From: a virus
DNA: 64,000 nt
Virus record (IMG/VR): IMGVR_UViG_3300043411_002794
Span: 32,001 to 96,000 of that record
Reading direction: 5' to 3' (one strand)
The position numbers and the translations under genes are program-made. Positions 1 to 10,400 of this stretch are shown here, piece after piece; position 1 is the first letter of the stretch; each line of letters opens with the position of its first letter. A model generated the notes under the pieces. That model was not told the origin of the DNA. It was given only the letters and a program-made list of their open reading frames with translations, and searched no databases.

Positions 1-1
1 A

Positions 2-385
2 CCAAATGTCGCCCCGCATCGATCGCGGGGTCATCCGCGACGCCACCTGAGCCCACTCGGCAGGCGACACGGTGATGTACGAATCATCGTCGAACCAGGC
101 CGTATAAGGCGTCCTAATCGGGTACTCGATGTCGTGAAACATCCGCCGCATGGCCGGATACTTGTAGACGTTCTTCTCAGCTTCGTAGAGCACCGGAAAC
201 AAGTCCGGCATCTTCGTCCGAAGCTCGTGCACGTAGTCCGTCGTCTCCGGGCTGCATTCGTTGAGGAATACGCGGATCTGATACGGGGCGTCGTGCTTGG
301 CTAGTGACCCCAGGCAACGACGCGCCAAGGCCGGGAAGTCTCCGTAACACAGCACGAAGACGGTCAGCTTATGCGGTTCCGGCAT
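2..385 (-). CDS. Glycosyltransferase (GT-A/GT2-like), truncated by window edge
   Basis: Manual translation from ATG at 385: MPEPHKLTVFVLCYGD...IRVFLNECS...TAWFDDDSYI (DxD-type motif); runs off the window. Confidence 0.6.
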   Translation of the reverse strand, partial: MPEPHKLTVFVLCYGDFPALARRCLGSLAKHDAPYQIRVFLNECSPETTDYVHELRTKMPDLFPVLYEAEKNVYKYPAMRRMFHDIEYPIRTPYTAWFDDDSYITVSPAEWAQVASRMTPRSMRGDIW

Positions 386-935
386 CAGGGATCACCACGT
401 GAACGGATCGAACAGGAGTAGGCGACTGAGCTAAGATCATGATCAGCTCGGCCGCATCACGAGGAGACGGGTTATTCCCGTCACGTACGGCAGCCTGCAT
501 CTTTTCCAGCAGGCTGAGATAACGACGGCGGGCGTGCTCGTCGTGGAAGGTATGTCGAATCGAAGGGAACAGCTCACGCAGGCCCGTCACTTCCTGGGCC
601 AGTTCCACCTCGTCCAACCCGCGGGCCGAACGACTGAGCAAACGCGTGAGTTGCCCGGTATGCGAATAGGCTAACGCGATGGTGCAATCTCGGATGGCGA
701 CATGATCACCAAAGATATGCGCCTCTTGAACCGTCCGTGTAAACGGTAACTCCGCAGCATCCACCAGTACGCGACAGAACTGCCGGTATTGTTTCCTTGA
801 GCCGTCATCCATGCAGGCGTCAATGGACGGTGATGTTGGATCGATGCTAAGCGGGTATTGAGTCAGACGTGAGTTAGTCACAGTAGTCAGATTCCGTAAT
901 AGTGACGGCACGAGGCATCCCGCCGACGCCGTCAT
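369..935 (-). CDS. Hypothetical protein
   Basis: 188-aa ORF packed between co-directional genes; no recognisable motif. Confidence 0.55.
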   Translation of the reverse strand: MTASAGCLVPSLLRNLTTVTNSRLTQYPLSIDPTSPSIDACMDDGSRKQYRQFCRVLVDAAELPFTRTVQEAHIFGDHVAIRDCTIALAYSHTGQLTRLLSRSARGLDEVELAQEVTGLRELFPSIRHTFHDEHARRRYLSLLEKMQAAVRDGNNPSPRDAAELIMILAQSPTPVRSVHVVIPDAGTA

Positions 936-953
936 TAAAGTATCCCCGCGACG

Positions 954-1919
954 TTACCCGGCCGTCGCAGTCTTGCGCTTCGCCGCGTCTGCGGCGCGTG
1001 CAGCGGCCCGAGAAGCAGCCACTGGGGTCTTGGGAGGCGAAGCCTTCGCACCCTTGTCCTTAGTCTCCTTTTCAGGCGGCTTCGGTTTCTCGTCATCGGT
1101 CGCCCGATTGTCGAGAACCTGCTGCACATATTGTTGCGTTCGTGTGCAGGCTTGCAACTCATCATCGAGTGCTGCCCGCATATCGCCCAGCGACGCAGAT
1201 ACGTCGTTCAACGATTTTAACGTGTCCGGCGTAATTCCGGAGTCACCTTGCTGCATGACGTTTGTGTAGACGCTGTGGGCCTTCCCATTCCAGACGTCGG
1301 TGTGCCGCTTGATCCAGAGTCGCGACATCTCGCGGATCTGCTCCAGCTGCTTATCGACCGTCTTCGGGATCCCCAGCGGCCGGCCGCCGCCTGCCCGGGC
1401 GCCACCGTAGAACCGCACGATCGCGTTGTGCAGATCCTGTGGCGTCCACATGTTGGTAACGATGTCCCGCTCAAAGCGGAGGCGTGTCGGATCGTCTTCG
1501 ATCGACAGCAGGTAAATGATATGACCCCACAAGATGCGGAAGTCTTCGATCGTCTTACTCCGGTACCCGAGCAGGCGTTGCACGGCTTCCTTGTCATAGG
1601 TCGCCGCAAACTGCATCGCCTTCTTGAGCGTCTCGAAGCCTGCGCCGGCCGAGCTGGCACGCCGGATGAGATCCAGCGGATCCACTCCGTTATGCTTCTG
1701 CTTTTCGGTCAGAAAGTCTTCCGGGCGCTCCTTAATCTCCAGGGCTTGCGTCCCGAGATTATGCAGAAACAAAATCGTCGCCTGCGTGTGATGGACGAAG
1801 TCCACCTGCAGCTGCTTGAATTTCTGCCGAAGCGCCGGGCACATCTCTTTGATCGCGGCCTGGCTATCAGCCAAGGCCTGTGACCGCTGCAGCATCCCGA
1901 CGGCACTTGTACGTCCCAT
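954..1919 (-). CDS. Hypothetical protein with Lys/Ala-rich C-terminal tail
   Basis: 321-aa ORF with GGAG RBS before the ATG; in operon. Confidence 0.65.
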   Translation of the reverse strand: MGRTSAVGMLQRSQALADSQAAIKEMCPALRQKFKQLQVDFVHHTQATILFLHNLGTQALEIKERPEDFLTEKQKHNGVDPLDLIRRASSAGAGFETLKKAMQFAATYDKEAVQRLLGYRSKTIEDFRILWGHIIYLLSIEDDPTRLRFERDIVTNMWTPQDLHNAIVRFYGGARAGGGRPLGIPKTVDKQLEQIREMSRLWIKRHTDVWNGKAHSVYTNVMQQGDSGITPDTLKSLNDVSASLGDMRAALDDELQACTRTQQYVQQVLDNRATDDEKPKPPEKETKDKGAKASPPKTPVAASRAAARAADAAKRKTATAG

Positions 1920-1927
1920 ACGTACTC

Positions 1928-3046
1928 CTAAAACTTGTGCTTTCCAATTAGTAGATCGAATGCCAGTCGATCAATAGCTTCACGACGACGGCCCAGGGAA
2001 ATGCTGGCCCGCAACGTCGCGGCAATGAGGTCAAACACAGTTCGCTTAGCGTTCATGCTGTAACTATCCTCGATACCTGACCGTTGCTCGGCATTGTTGC
2101 CGCCACGGACAATGGCGTCGCGAACGACGTCTCGAGTGATTTGCGGATGCCACTTGTCGCACCAGTCGGCCAGTTTCTTAGCCAAATAGTTACGACGCTC
2201 GTGCAGCTTTGCGACATCCTGCGGCAGCTCCAATGACCGCTTCGCTACGAACTCCGTACGAAACTTCCACCGCTCCACGTCCGGCTGTTTGGCGAAGACC
2301 GCCCGGAAGGCGGCGGCCGCACGCGCCGAGAAATGACGACCTAGATGCACTTCGCGACGGCCGTACTCTTTGAACGGGGCCAGACAGGCGCCCTTACGAA
2401 AGAACAACACGGCCGTACCGCGTAGACTGGTCGACGTCGCCTCCCCGTTACAGAAGTAGCAACCGGCATGAAACTGCTGCGGCTGCCCGTCAATGTTCGC
2501 GGTGAAGATCGGCTCTTGCGTGCGGTACCAAACCGTCAGCGTTCGCCCGTAGGCGACGCCCCCGTAGAACTCCATCGGCGTCCAGGCACTTTCAGCAGCC
2601 TCTTGGATTGCCGCGAAGATCACAGCACTTTCCATATGGGCGTACTGGGGCCCCACCATGCCGTCGAGCAGCTTCTGCTCTTCGTTCCGAATTAGTCGCC
2701 GCGAGGCCAGCCGATTAAAGCGAGCCTTGATCAAGTTGTTGAGGATGTTGATCGCATCCTGCAACTGGAACTCGGCGGGATCTCCGTCAGCAACACCATC
2801 AACGCCTGCCACGTCGGTAAGAAACGAAAAGCCGCGATGACTGATCGGCCGCATGACTTGCGACAACCCGGCCGACGTATAGCGATAGCCATGCAGTCGC
2901 GTCTTGCCGGAGGGTAAGAGCATCAACTCTTCCACCGAGGCGGGCGGGGACAGGCGGGTCGTTGCGTCCATCTTCGCCAGGTATGCGGCAAACTCGCCGA
3001 TATTGCCTTTGGCGAATTTGGCGCTGAGCGGCTCGACGTACAGCAA
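1928..3046 (-). CDS. DUF932-like phage protein (tentative)
   Basis: Probable TTG start at 3046 after GGAGGT; segments GMVGPQYAHMES and HAGCYFCNGEAT resemble the DUF932 family from memory. Confidence 0.45.
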   Translation of the reverse strand: MLYVEPLSAKFAKGNIGEFAAYLAKMDATTRLSPPASVEELMLLPSGKTRLHGYRYTSAGLSQVMRPISHRGFSFLTDVAGVDGVADGDPAEFQLQDAINILNNLIKARFNRLASRRLIRNEEQKLLDGMVGPQYAHMESAVIFAAIQEAAESAWTPMEFYGGVAYGRTLTVWYRTQEPIFTANIDGQPQQFHAGCYFCNGEATSTSLRGTAVLFFRKGACLAPFKEYGRREVHLGRHFSARAAAAFRAVFAKQPDVERWKFRTEFVAKRSLELPQDVAKLHERRNYLAKKLADWCDKWHPQITRDVVRDAIVRGGNNAEQRSGIEDSYSMNAKRTVFDLIAATLRASISLGRRREAIDRLAFDLLIGKHKF

Positions 3047-3062
3047 CGGCCCACCTCCGCTG

Positions 3063-3650
3063 CTATTCCCGCCAGTCGCGACCGACGGCTGGGATGAAGG
3101 TTTTAAGAGTTTCGATGACATAAGTGATCGGTGGTGCCCCGACGCTCCGCACAACCAGCGTACCGCCGTCGTAGAAGGAGTCATCGTTCCCGATTTGACT
3201 GTTGCGTCGCAAATTGTGCAAGACAACGGTCCCGATCCCCGGCCATTCAAAAATCAGCCCTGCGTTCCGGGTGCGAAGGTCGAGACCGTCCGCCCGCACC
3301 TTCTCTTCAAACACCGTCAGGAACTTGAGCTTAGTGAACCGCAGAAACAAGTCCGCAATGGTGACCTCGTGCACGTACCGCAATTTCTCGGCGTACAGGA
3401 CAACCGGAAACTGCGGATAACGTGAACGAAACCAAGCAAACGTCAACTGCGCCTCGCCGGTGTCCGCCTTGGCCTGGGCTTCTAATACGCCCCGACCGAG
3501 CCGCACACCGGCCTCCTGAAAGAACCGGAGGACGAACTTCGCCTCGTAGTTCTCCTGACGCTCCGCATCCTTCTCTTCGCGGATCTGCGTCGCGTCAGGC
3601 CCCTGCATTGCGCTGAAAAAGCTGTCGTTACGCTCCAGCGGGTTCGCCAT
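3063..3650 (-). CDS. Hypothetical protein
   Basis: Probable start MANPLERND at 3650 with GGAG RBS, overlapping the end of the recA-like gene. Confidence 0.6.
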   Translation of the reverse strand: MANPLERNDSFFSAMQGPDATQIREEKDAERQENYEAKFVLRFFQEAGVRLGRGVLEAQAKADTGEAQLTFAWFRSRYPQFPVVLYAEKLRYVHEVTIADLFLRFTKLKFLTVFEEKVRADGLDLRTRNAGLIFEWPGIGTVVLHNLRRNSQIGNDDSFYDGGTLVVRSVGAPPITYVIETLKTFIPAVGRDWRE

Positions 3651-5028
3651 TTTCTTCTCCCGTCGCAAGGTCGCCGTCACCGTCTTCGTCGGACGCTTCG
3701 GATTCGGCCACCACGGAGTCGGCAGCCAGGGCACGCGCCTGCTGCTGTTCGGCCCGCCGTGCGGCGGCCGCCTTGGCCCGCTCTTCCGCGGCCCGGTAGT
3801 CGATCCCCGGCGTGAACGGCACCCCAATGTTAATACCCAGCAACGGGTACAACTGGGAGAGCAGATCCGGACGGGACTCGAGCATTTCCCCTGCCACGCG
3901 ATACGGCACGTTCTCGCAGCCCAGGACGGGGCTACTCACGGTCTTGGTCGACCGCTTGGCGTCGAGCCGCAGAATCGCATTGAGGGCCTTGAAGAGGGTC
4001 TTCTTGCCGTCGATGTTCTCGAACCGAACCAACATGTCGATCGTAGCGGCGTGCCAGTCCCAGCCGTGTCGCTGGATAACCGTACGGCCGCGGCTGTCCG
4101 GAACGGCCAGCTGCTGCTGCCACCACAGGAAGTCGACCTCGATGTACTTACGGCTGGCCCCGGCCGAATTCTTCTGCAGCTTGAGCCGCAGCCGAACCCC
4201 GCCGACGTCCGCCAGATCGATATCGCAGATCCGCTTGTTCATGATGATGTAGGTCGCCATGAACGGGACTGCCTTACCACCGGGTACGTTATCGGTGGGA
4301 ATGCCGGTCATCGGATCGGTGGACGGCTTCAAGTGGTTGGTGCCAACCAGCGAGAAAGGATAGCCTCGGAAGTTACGGGCCATGCCCTGCCGCATGAAGC
4401 GGGAGATCAACATGGCGATCGTACCGAAGCCGCGGCTGGCGAAGCCGTCCTTCTGCGTCTTTTCGATTTCCTTCTGGCTGTCCACGGCCGTCAGCGAATC
4501 GACGCCGAACATCATCGGCACCGTACGTCCCGGACCGCCGTCAGCATCCATGATGCCACGAGCGACGTTGACGTTGACCGTCATGAACTGCTGCCACTCT
4601 TCCAGCGAATTGCACGGCCCGATCGTCAAACGGTTAAGCAACCGCTCGTCGTAATTGAGGATGGAGCTGCGAAGCTCGGCAGCATCTTTGTTTTCGGTCT
4701 CGGCGATAACACCGCCGCCGCCGAAGTGCATGTGCCACCGCAAGATCTCGTCGAGCAGGGCCGTCTTACACGTGCCCTCTTCGCCGATGATCTGCCAGAT
4801 ACGGCTGAGCGGGAATACGTCGCACTGGGCCAAATAGCGAAGGCATAGTGCGGGGAGCGGGAGACCGACGTTAAGCTCGTCGGCCCGCGAACCGACGACC
4901 AGGTCGGTTCGGTTGAGCGCGTCGGATGCGGCGTTACGCATCGACGCAAACATGGAATCAAGGCTCGACTCTCGCTGGGTGGTCCAAGCGTTGCGAACCT
5001 GCGGACTAGAACGGCGGCGTGCTGCCAC
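3628..5028 (-). CDS. RecA/UvsX-like recombinase
   Basis: Walker A GEEGTCKT, Walker B region MFGVDSL, GGKAVPFMATY matching the RecA GGxALxFY segment; GTG start with GGAG RBS. Confidence 0.85.
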   Translation of the reverse strand: MAARRRSSPQVRNAWTTQRESSLDSMFASMRNAASDALNRTDLVVGSRADELNVGLPLPALCLRYLAQCDVFPLSRIWQIIGEEGTCKTALLDEILRWHMHFGGGGVIAETENKDAAELRSSILNYDERLLNRLTIGPCNSLEEWQQFMTVNVNVARGIMDADGGPGRTVPMMFGVDSLTAVDSQKEIEKTQKDGFASRGFGTIAMLISRFMRQGMARNFRGYPFSLVGTNHLKPSTDPMTGIPTDNVPGGKAVPFMATYIIMNKRICDIDLADVGGVRLRLKLQKNSAGASRKYIEVDFLWWQQQLAVPDSRGRTVIQRHGWDWHAATIDMLVRFENIDGKKTLFKALNAILRLDAKRSTKTVSSPVLGCENVPYRVAGEMLESRPDLLSQLYPLLGINIGVPFTPGIDYRAAEERAKAAAARRAEQQQARALAADSVVAESEASDEDGDGDLATGEENGEPAGA

Positions 5029-5040
5029 GTGTTGTCTCCG

Positions 5041-5079
5041 AAGAAAAGCTCACCCCGGCGATAGGCACCGGGGTGAGCT
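5041..5079 (-). terminator. Intrinsic terminator between the SSB-like and recA-like genes
   Basis: Perfect 12-bp inverted repeat AGCTCACCCCGG/CCGGGGTGAGCT (5047-5079) followed by TTTCTT on the minus strand. Confidence 0.75.
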
Positions 5080-5106
5080 GCAGGAATCATTACCGAACGA
5101 AACGAA

Positions 5107-6918
5107 CTACCGACCGAGAGCGCGACGAGCAGCTTCCAGCGGATCCAGCCCCGGCGCCCCGGCGGGCGGGGCGACCGATGCAACAGGCATCTGTTGCTGG
5201 ACCGGTTGCTGTTGCTGCGGCATCGTAAACGGTGCCGTAACAGTCTGCGGCATCGGAGCCGACGGCATGACCGGAGCCGGAGGCATGGTCATAGCCGGAA
5301 TGCTCCCGGACGGAATGCTGGCGTCGGGCGGCGGCGGTGCGAACACCGTCGCCGGCACGGTCTGACCGAGGGGCAACTGACCGGCTCCCGGCATGCCGGG
5401 AAATTGCATCTGCGCACCGGGTTGCTGTGCCTGCGGTTGACCGCCGAAACCGCCACCACCGAACCCGCCACCGACGAAGCCGCCCCCGCCGAAGCCGGTT
5501 TGCGGCTGTTGGACGGGAGGTTGCTGCGGGGCTGGTTGGAACTGCTGCGGGGCAGGTTGGAACTGCTGCTCGACCTGAGGCTGCTCGGGCTGCCCCGGCA
5601 TCATCACGTGCGGCATCGTGGTTGCGGGAATGCCGCCACCACCGAACCCACCGAAGCCGCCTTGCGGTTGCTCCGGAACCGGATTAGGTCCGCCGAACCC
5701 GGCGCCGAATTGCTGCGGAGCAACCATCGGCATGCCCGGCATCATCGGCATTCCGGGCATCATCGGCATACCCGGCATCATCTGACCGCCCATCATCGGC
5801 ATTTGCGGCATACCGGGCATACCCGGCATCGCCACCTGCGTGGCAGCAACGGCACGGCGACGGATGTCTTCCGTGATCCATTGCGGGTGATCACGCCACG
5901 CGTACATCAGCATGTCGCCGGGGAACCGCGGGGCGAGCATCGCAGCCTGCTCGTCGAACGTCGGTTGGTGCAGGATGTCGTCCCACAGCTGCGTGCGCTG
6001 CAGCACGTATTCCGGCGGCACCGGCAGCGTCGCCGGGACCGTGCCCATGAACGACTGCTCCCAAATGAAGTCGAACCCGATCTCTTCGCGACCGCCGCCG
6101 TTGTCGTTGCTCGGCATGCCGCCAGCAGGACCACCGAACGTCGAAACCGGTCCGGCCGCGGCTGCGTTAGCAGCCCGCGTACGGGGGTTACCGTCGGTCT
6201 TGCGGAAGATCGTCAAGAACCGCCCGTGCTGCAGCGACACCGGGTCGCCCGCTTCCATGCTGTTCTCGTAGTCGGCAGGGTCGCCGTTGAAGTTCGCCTT
6301 CACGCGATTCAGCGACTCCACGATCAGCTTGCCGAGCCCTTGGCTGAGCTCGTAGACGATGGCCTTTTCGTTCGGCCCGCTGCCCTTCCACGGCTGGAAC
6401 ATCTTCTGGCCGTTGGCGAGGATCGCCACCTGCACCAAGTAGATGCCGCCCGGCTTCGGCAAGTCGGCCGAACGCCCTTGCCCGCCACGGAGGTAGCCAC
6501 CCCAGCCGCGATCTTGCTTAGCCGCCACGGCGCGTTCGATGGCGTTGTAGAGCACGTGGGCCGGGCTCATCGCCAATTCGCTCGCTTCGCCGGAAGGCGT
6601 CGCAATGATGAACGTCGTCTTGTCGTTGCCCATGCCGAATTGACGGGCGGCAGGGTAGTAACGAATCCAGTCGCCGAAGTGGTTCGGCTTCTGCGAGGTC
6701 CGGTACGGCTCCAGGACGCTCGGGTTCTCCGGCGAAGGCGGAGGCAGGAAACGCACGGTCGAAACCGAGCCCTGCTGATACGACGGCTTCCAGTACTGTG
6801 CCGCACCCGGCTTCAATACGAAATTACCACGCTCGGAGTTACGATCTCCAGCTGCGGTGAGCGCGTCCGCAGTAGAGTAGGACCGGGCCGAACGGCCCGT
6901 CGTCGAAGGCATGCTCAT
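5107..6918 (-). CDS. gp32-like single-stranded DNA-binding protein with long P/Q/G/M-rich disordered tail
   Basis: Start MSMPSTT at 6918; N-terminal YWKPS...STVRFLPP resembles gp32-type SSB; lies between DNA polymerase and recA-like gene; tail contains PGMPMM and GFGG repeats. Confidence 0.55.
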   Translation of the reverse strand: MSMPSTTGRSARSYSTADALTAAGDRNSERGNFVLKPGAAQYWKPSYQQGSVSTVRFLPPPSPENPSVLEPYRTSQKPNHFGDWIRYYPAARQFGMGNDKTTFIIATPSGEASELAMSPAHVLYNAIERAVAAKQDRGWGGYLRGGQGRSADLPKPGGIYLVQVAILANGQKMFQPWKGSGPNEKAIVYELSQGLGKLIVESLNRVKANFNGDPADYENSMEAGDPVSLQHGRFLTIFRKTDGNPRTRAANAAAAGPVSTFGGPAGGMPSNDNGGGREEIGFDFIWEQSFMGTVPATLPVPPEYVLQRTQLWDDILHQPTFDEQAAMLAPRFPGDMLMYAWRDHPQWITEDIRRRAVAATQVAMPGMPGMPQMPMMGGQMMPGMPMMPGMPMMPGMPMVAPQQFGAGFGGPNPVPEQPQGGFGGFGGGGIPATTMPHVMMPGQPEQPQVEQQFQPAPQQFQPAPQQPPVQQPQTGFGGGGFVGGGFGGGGFGGQPQAQQPGAQMQFPGMPGAGQLPLGQTVPATVFAPPPPDASIPSGSIPAMTMPPAPVMPSAPMPQTVTAPFTMPQQQQPVQQQMPVASVAPPAGAPGLDPLEAARRALGR

Positions 6919-7042
6919 ACATCCCCCAAAGCAAAAAAGAAAAACAGAAAAGTGAAAAACGAAGCAGAAAACAGTGAAGAAAAATAAAGTGCCATAAAGG
7001 CAATAAGGCGTCCAACATACCAGACGGATTGCAGCCGCCAAG

Positions 7043-7453
7043 TCAGTCGACATTTTGTGGCACGGCCGGTGTCGAACACTGTAGGTCGTAGGCCTTGTCG
7101 AGTTCCGAGTGATACAGGTGATGCTCGGCAAAATGTGGCGTAACGATACCCGGAAAGAGCATCACATAATCGCCCTCTTCGTTGAGCAGCCCCCATACCG
7201 GTACGCCCGGCGCACTACTGCGGGGTACTGCCTCCGGGTCGTACCAGTGGAGCCGTCGCAGTTCAAACTCAAACATGGTGTCCAGCAAATGTGCAACCCA
7301 TTCCGTGCAACCCGTGCCGGAGAGCAGCTCGCTGCGGTTGAACATCTGCTTGATCTGATCCGGAGTGGGCTCCGGGTCATAAAGCATGAAGTGTTGTTTA
7401 CCGAGGCCGCGAATGTGATCGCCAAACGTATACAGAGAAACGGGAGCGATCAT
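7043..7453 (-). CDS. Hypothetical protein
   Basis: 136-aa ORF coupled (ATGA) to the polymerase stop. Confidence 0.5.
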   Translation of the reverse strand: MIAPVSLYTFGDHIRGLGKQHFMLYDPEPTPDQIKQMFNRSELLSGTGCTEWVAHLLDTMFEFELRRLHWYDPEAVPRSSAPGVPVWGLLNEEGDYVMLFPGIVTPHFAEHHLYHSELDKAYDLQCSTPAVPQNVD

Positions 7454-10400
7454 GCGGCCATTGCCTCTTCATAGGTCTTGGGCGGATTCAACATCCACCG
7501 CGGAAGATTGCGCTCGGCAACTTCCTCTTCACTGATGTGCTCACCCCAGTGGATGAACATTTCTTTGTCGATGCCGAAGTAGTACGGCCCCGCATTCAGC
7601 GGCGTGCCGTCCAGGTCCCGTGGTTGGAACGGAACCGACGTCATGCAGCGGGCCATCGTGTCGTAATAAACACGGGCCGCATGCTCAACGGGCACCAACA
7701 GAATGATCGCATCGTGGATCTGCAGCATCAGATGGTAGTAGAACTCGCGGGGATCGAACTGTTTGCGGTAATCAACGAAGTTGAACAACATCTCGTTGAC
7801 CGCTTCGGCCACGCCGTTTTGAATCCCGAAGTTCTGGAACTGCCGCTGCTGCTCGCCGATCACTTGGCGGTCATTTGTGGACTGCAATCTTCGATAGCTA
7901 AGATACGCTCCGCTCATCCAGTGCTGGTTTACGGCCCGTTCACGACAGCGGGCCAGATAAGCATCAACGCCGGAATAGTCATGCAGGTAGCTATCGATCA
8001 TCGCCTGGCACTGATCAACGGTGACGTTCACGCCTTCTTCGGCACACTGCCGGGCGATGGCTTCCGCCGACCGCCCGTACGGGATACCGAAGTTCACGTT
8101 TTTGGCCGCCACATAAAGGCCCTTGTTGCCGGAGTCGCTAAGACCCTTCTTCGTCGGAGCGCACGACAACTGAAACGTGGAACAGGCCCGGCGGGCATGC
8201 ATACCGAAGTAGTCCGGATCGTCCTCTTCCAGATCATTACGCCGGACGTGTTCGATCATCAGCGTATCCTGGGCCTGCCAGGCCAATACGGCCAACTCGG
8301 CGCCCTTGATATCTGCTTCAATCCCGACGTAGCCCGGCGGCACGGTCAACACGGAGCGGATGGGATGGTGATACAACCGTTCGACGCGGAAGATGTCCTT
8401 GTAGGCGCCGTTCAGAATGCGGTTGTAATCGTCCTCGCGTCGCTTCGAGATGTTCTGCAAATTCGGCCTGCGACTGGCAAACCGACAGGTTTCGAGCGTC
8501 TGCAATAAGTGCGTCCGCACCCGGCCGTCGGTACACATGGAGCCGAGCAGGCCGGCGTCATACTCGAAGTTGCCGTCTTCGTCCCGGTTGAACTCTCCGG
8601 TCGATTCATCCTGCGTCGGTTTCCGCAGCACGGTCTTAACGACCTGCGTAAGAAACTTGAGGTCACGAAGCTGCCGCGCAAGCGGATTACGGTGGCCCAG
8701 GATGCCAAGCACTTCTTTGTCGACGGACGGGGCGAAGTTGCCGTCTTCGCGGCGATTGATCAAATCGACCCACAGCTTCTTCCGCTTGCCGGTACTCGTG
8801 ATCGGCTGCAGTCCCAGCGACACAGGTTCCGGATGACCCGGTTCCGGCGTCGGTCGGATCCGCACGAACTGCCCGGTCTGCTTGTCGCGCTTACGGGCAT
8901 ATTCGTCACCGAACAACATGGCGACGCATTGCGGATGGCTCTGATGATTGAAGTTCGGCCAGTTGAGTTTGGTGCGCAAGTCGGCCAGCAACACTTCGCT
9001 GGCCTGCAAGAACACCGAGGTCAGCTCGTCCGCCCGATCCTTATCGATCTGGAAGCCGCACCGTTCCATCTCCAACACCGCCGCAGAGGCTTTGTGATGG
9101 CGATGATACGCGGCCCAGCAGTTGTTACCGAACCGATCGGCGTCCAACAACCCGCCCGGCTTCGTGTGCTGCACGTGGATCCGCAGCGTCACGTCTACGT
9201 CGTAGCAGCCGTAGTGCGGGTTCGTGTCGCCCCGTCGCAACTTGTCAGGGCACAACACTTCCGCCGGACATTCGCCGTACCCTTCCAGGTCCTCGAACTT
9301 GAGATGGTTCACGCTGCAGAAGCGTTTCTTCCATTCGCTCAAAGCCGTGTCGTAGCGAGGACACGTCGTGAGCTTCATGGCCACTTCTTCCAGCTTGAGC
9401 CGTGCCGTCTCGTTAATCGAGTGATGCTCTAACGACGTATCCCAACCGCCCGCACGCGGGTCCGCAGGATCCGGGAAGTATTCGTCCCGTACGTCGAGCC
9501 CCTCGTTGACGAGCCACGGCATATCCGCCCGAAGGAAGTGCCCGCCAATCTTCACCCGACGCCCCGGCGTGCTCTTGCAAAGCCGCCGCATATGGAACAT
9601 CAGGCGTTCGATCGACGGAGAACAGGCCACGGCGCCGCCAGGATGCCGAAGCACCAAGCAGCGGGCCCACTTCTCCTTGTAGGTGAACTGGATCGTACGC
9701 ACGTAAGATCCGGGCTCGCCCGGCTGCTCTCCGTGCCACTCAGCGTCCAGCGCGATCGTGCTGTTCTGCTCCACCGGCAACGCCAAGATCTCGTCCACAA
9801 CGCGAGACAACTCCCGCTCGGTGTAGATGTTGCCGTGATCGACATCCTTCTCCTCGGCTCCGACCTCGCCTCCGTTGATCATGTGCCAGAACAGCCGCAG
9901 CTGCTCCATGAACGGATCTTCAAGCTCAGGTGTCCGGTGCACGGCAGCAGGATGCAGGGCCGCCATGACGCGGATCTTATGCATCTGCGGCTGCTCACCT
10001 TCCCGAGCTTGCAGCGGAACCTCAATATCGATCACCCGGCCGTGCATGTTCGTGACACCGAACGACGACCCGAGCACCGCCTTAGAGGCTTCGGAGCCGA
10101 GACAGAGCAGGTACTTCGGCCGCACGAGCCGCAGCTCTTCGTGGAGCAGCGGCAGGCAATTCTTGATCCACGTCGTCGGCATGCTGCCGAGATTCGGATC
10201 AAGGGCCCCGTGCTTCACGAGGTTGGTGACGTACCAGCTATTGGCGACGTCGGTCGGAATGCCGAGCTCGTACACCGCTTTGTGCAGCTCATCGCTTGCC
10301 GGGCCGATGAAGTTGCATCTGCGCGACAACTCATCCTGCCCGGGCTGCTTGCCGAGAATCATGACGTCCGACTGCATCGGGCCGCCGCCGAAGTTGTCTG

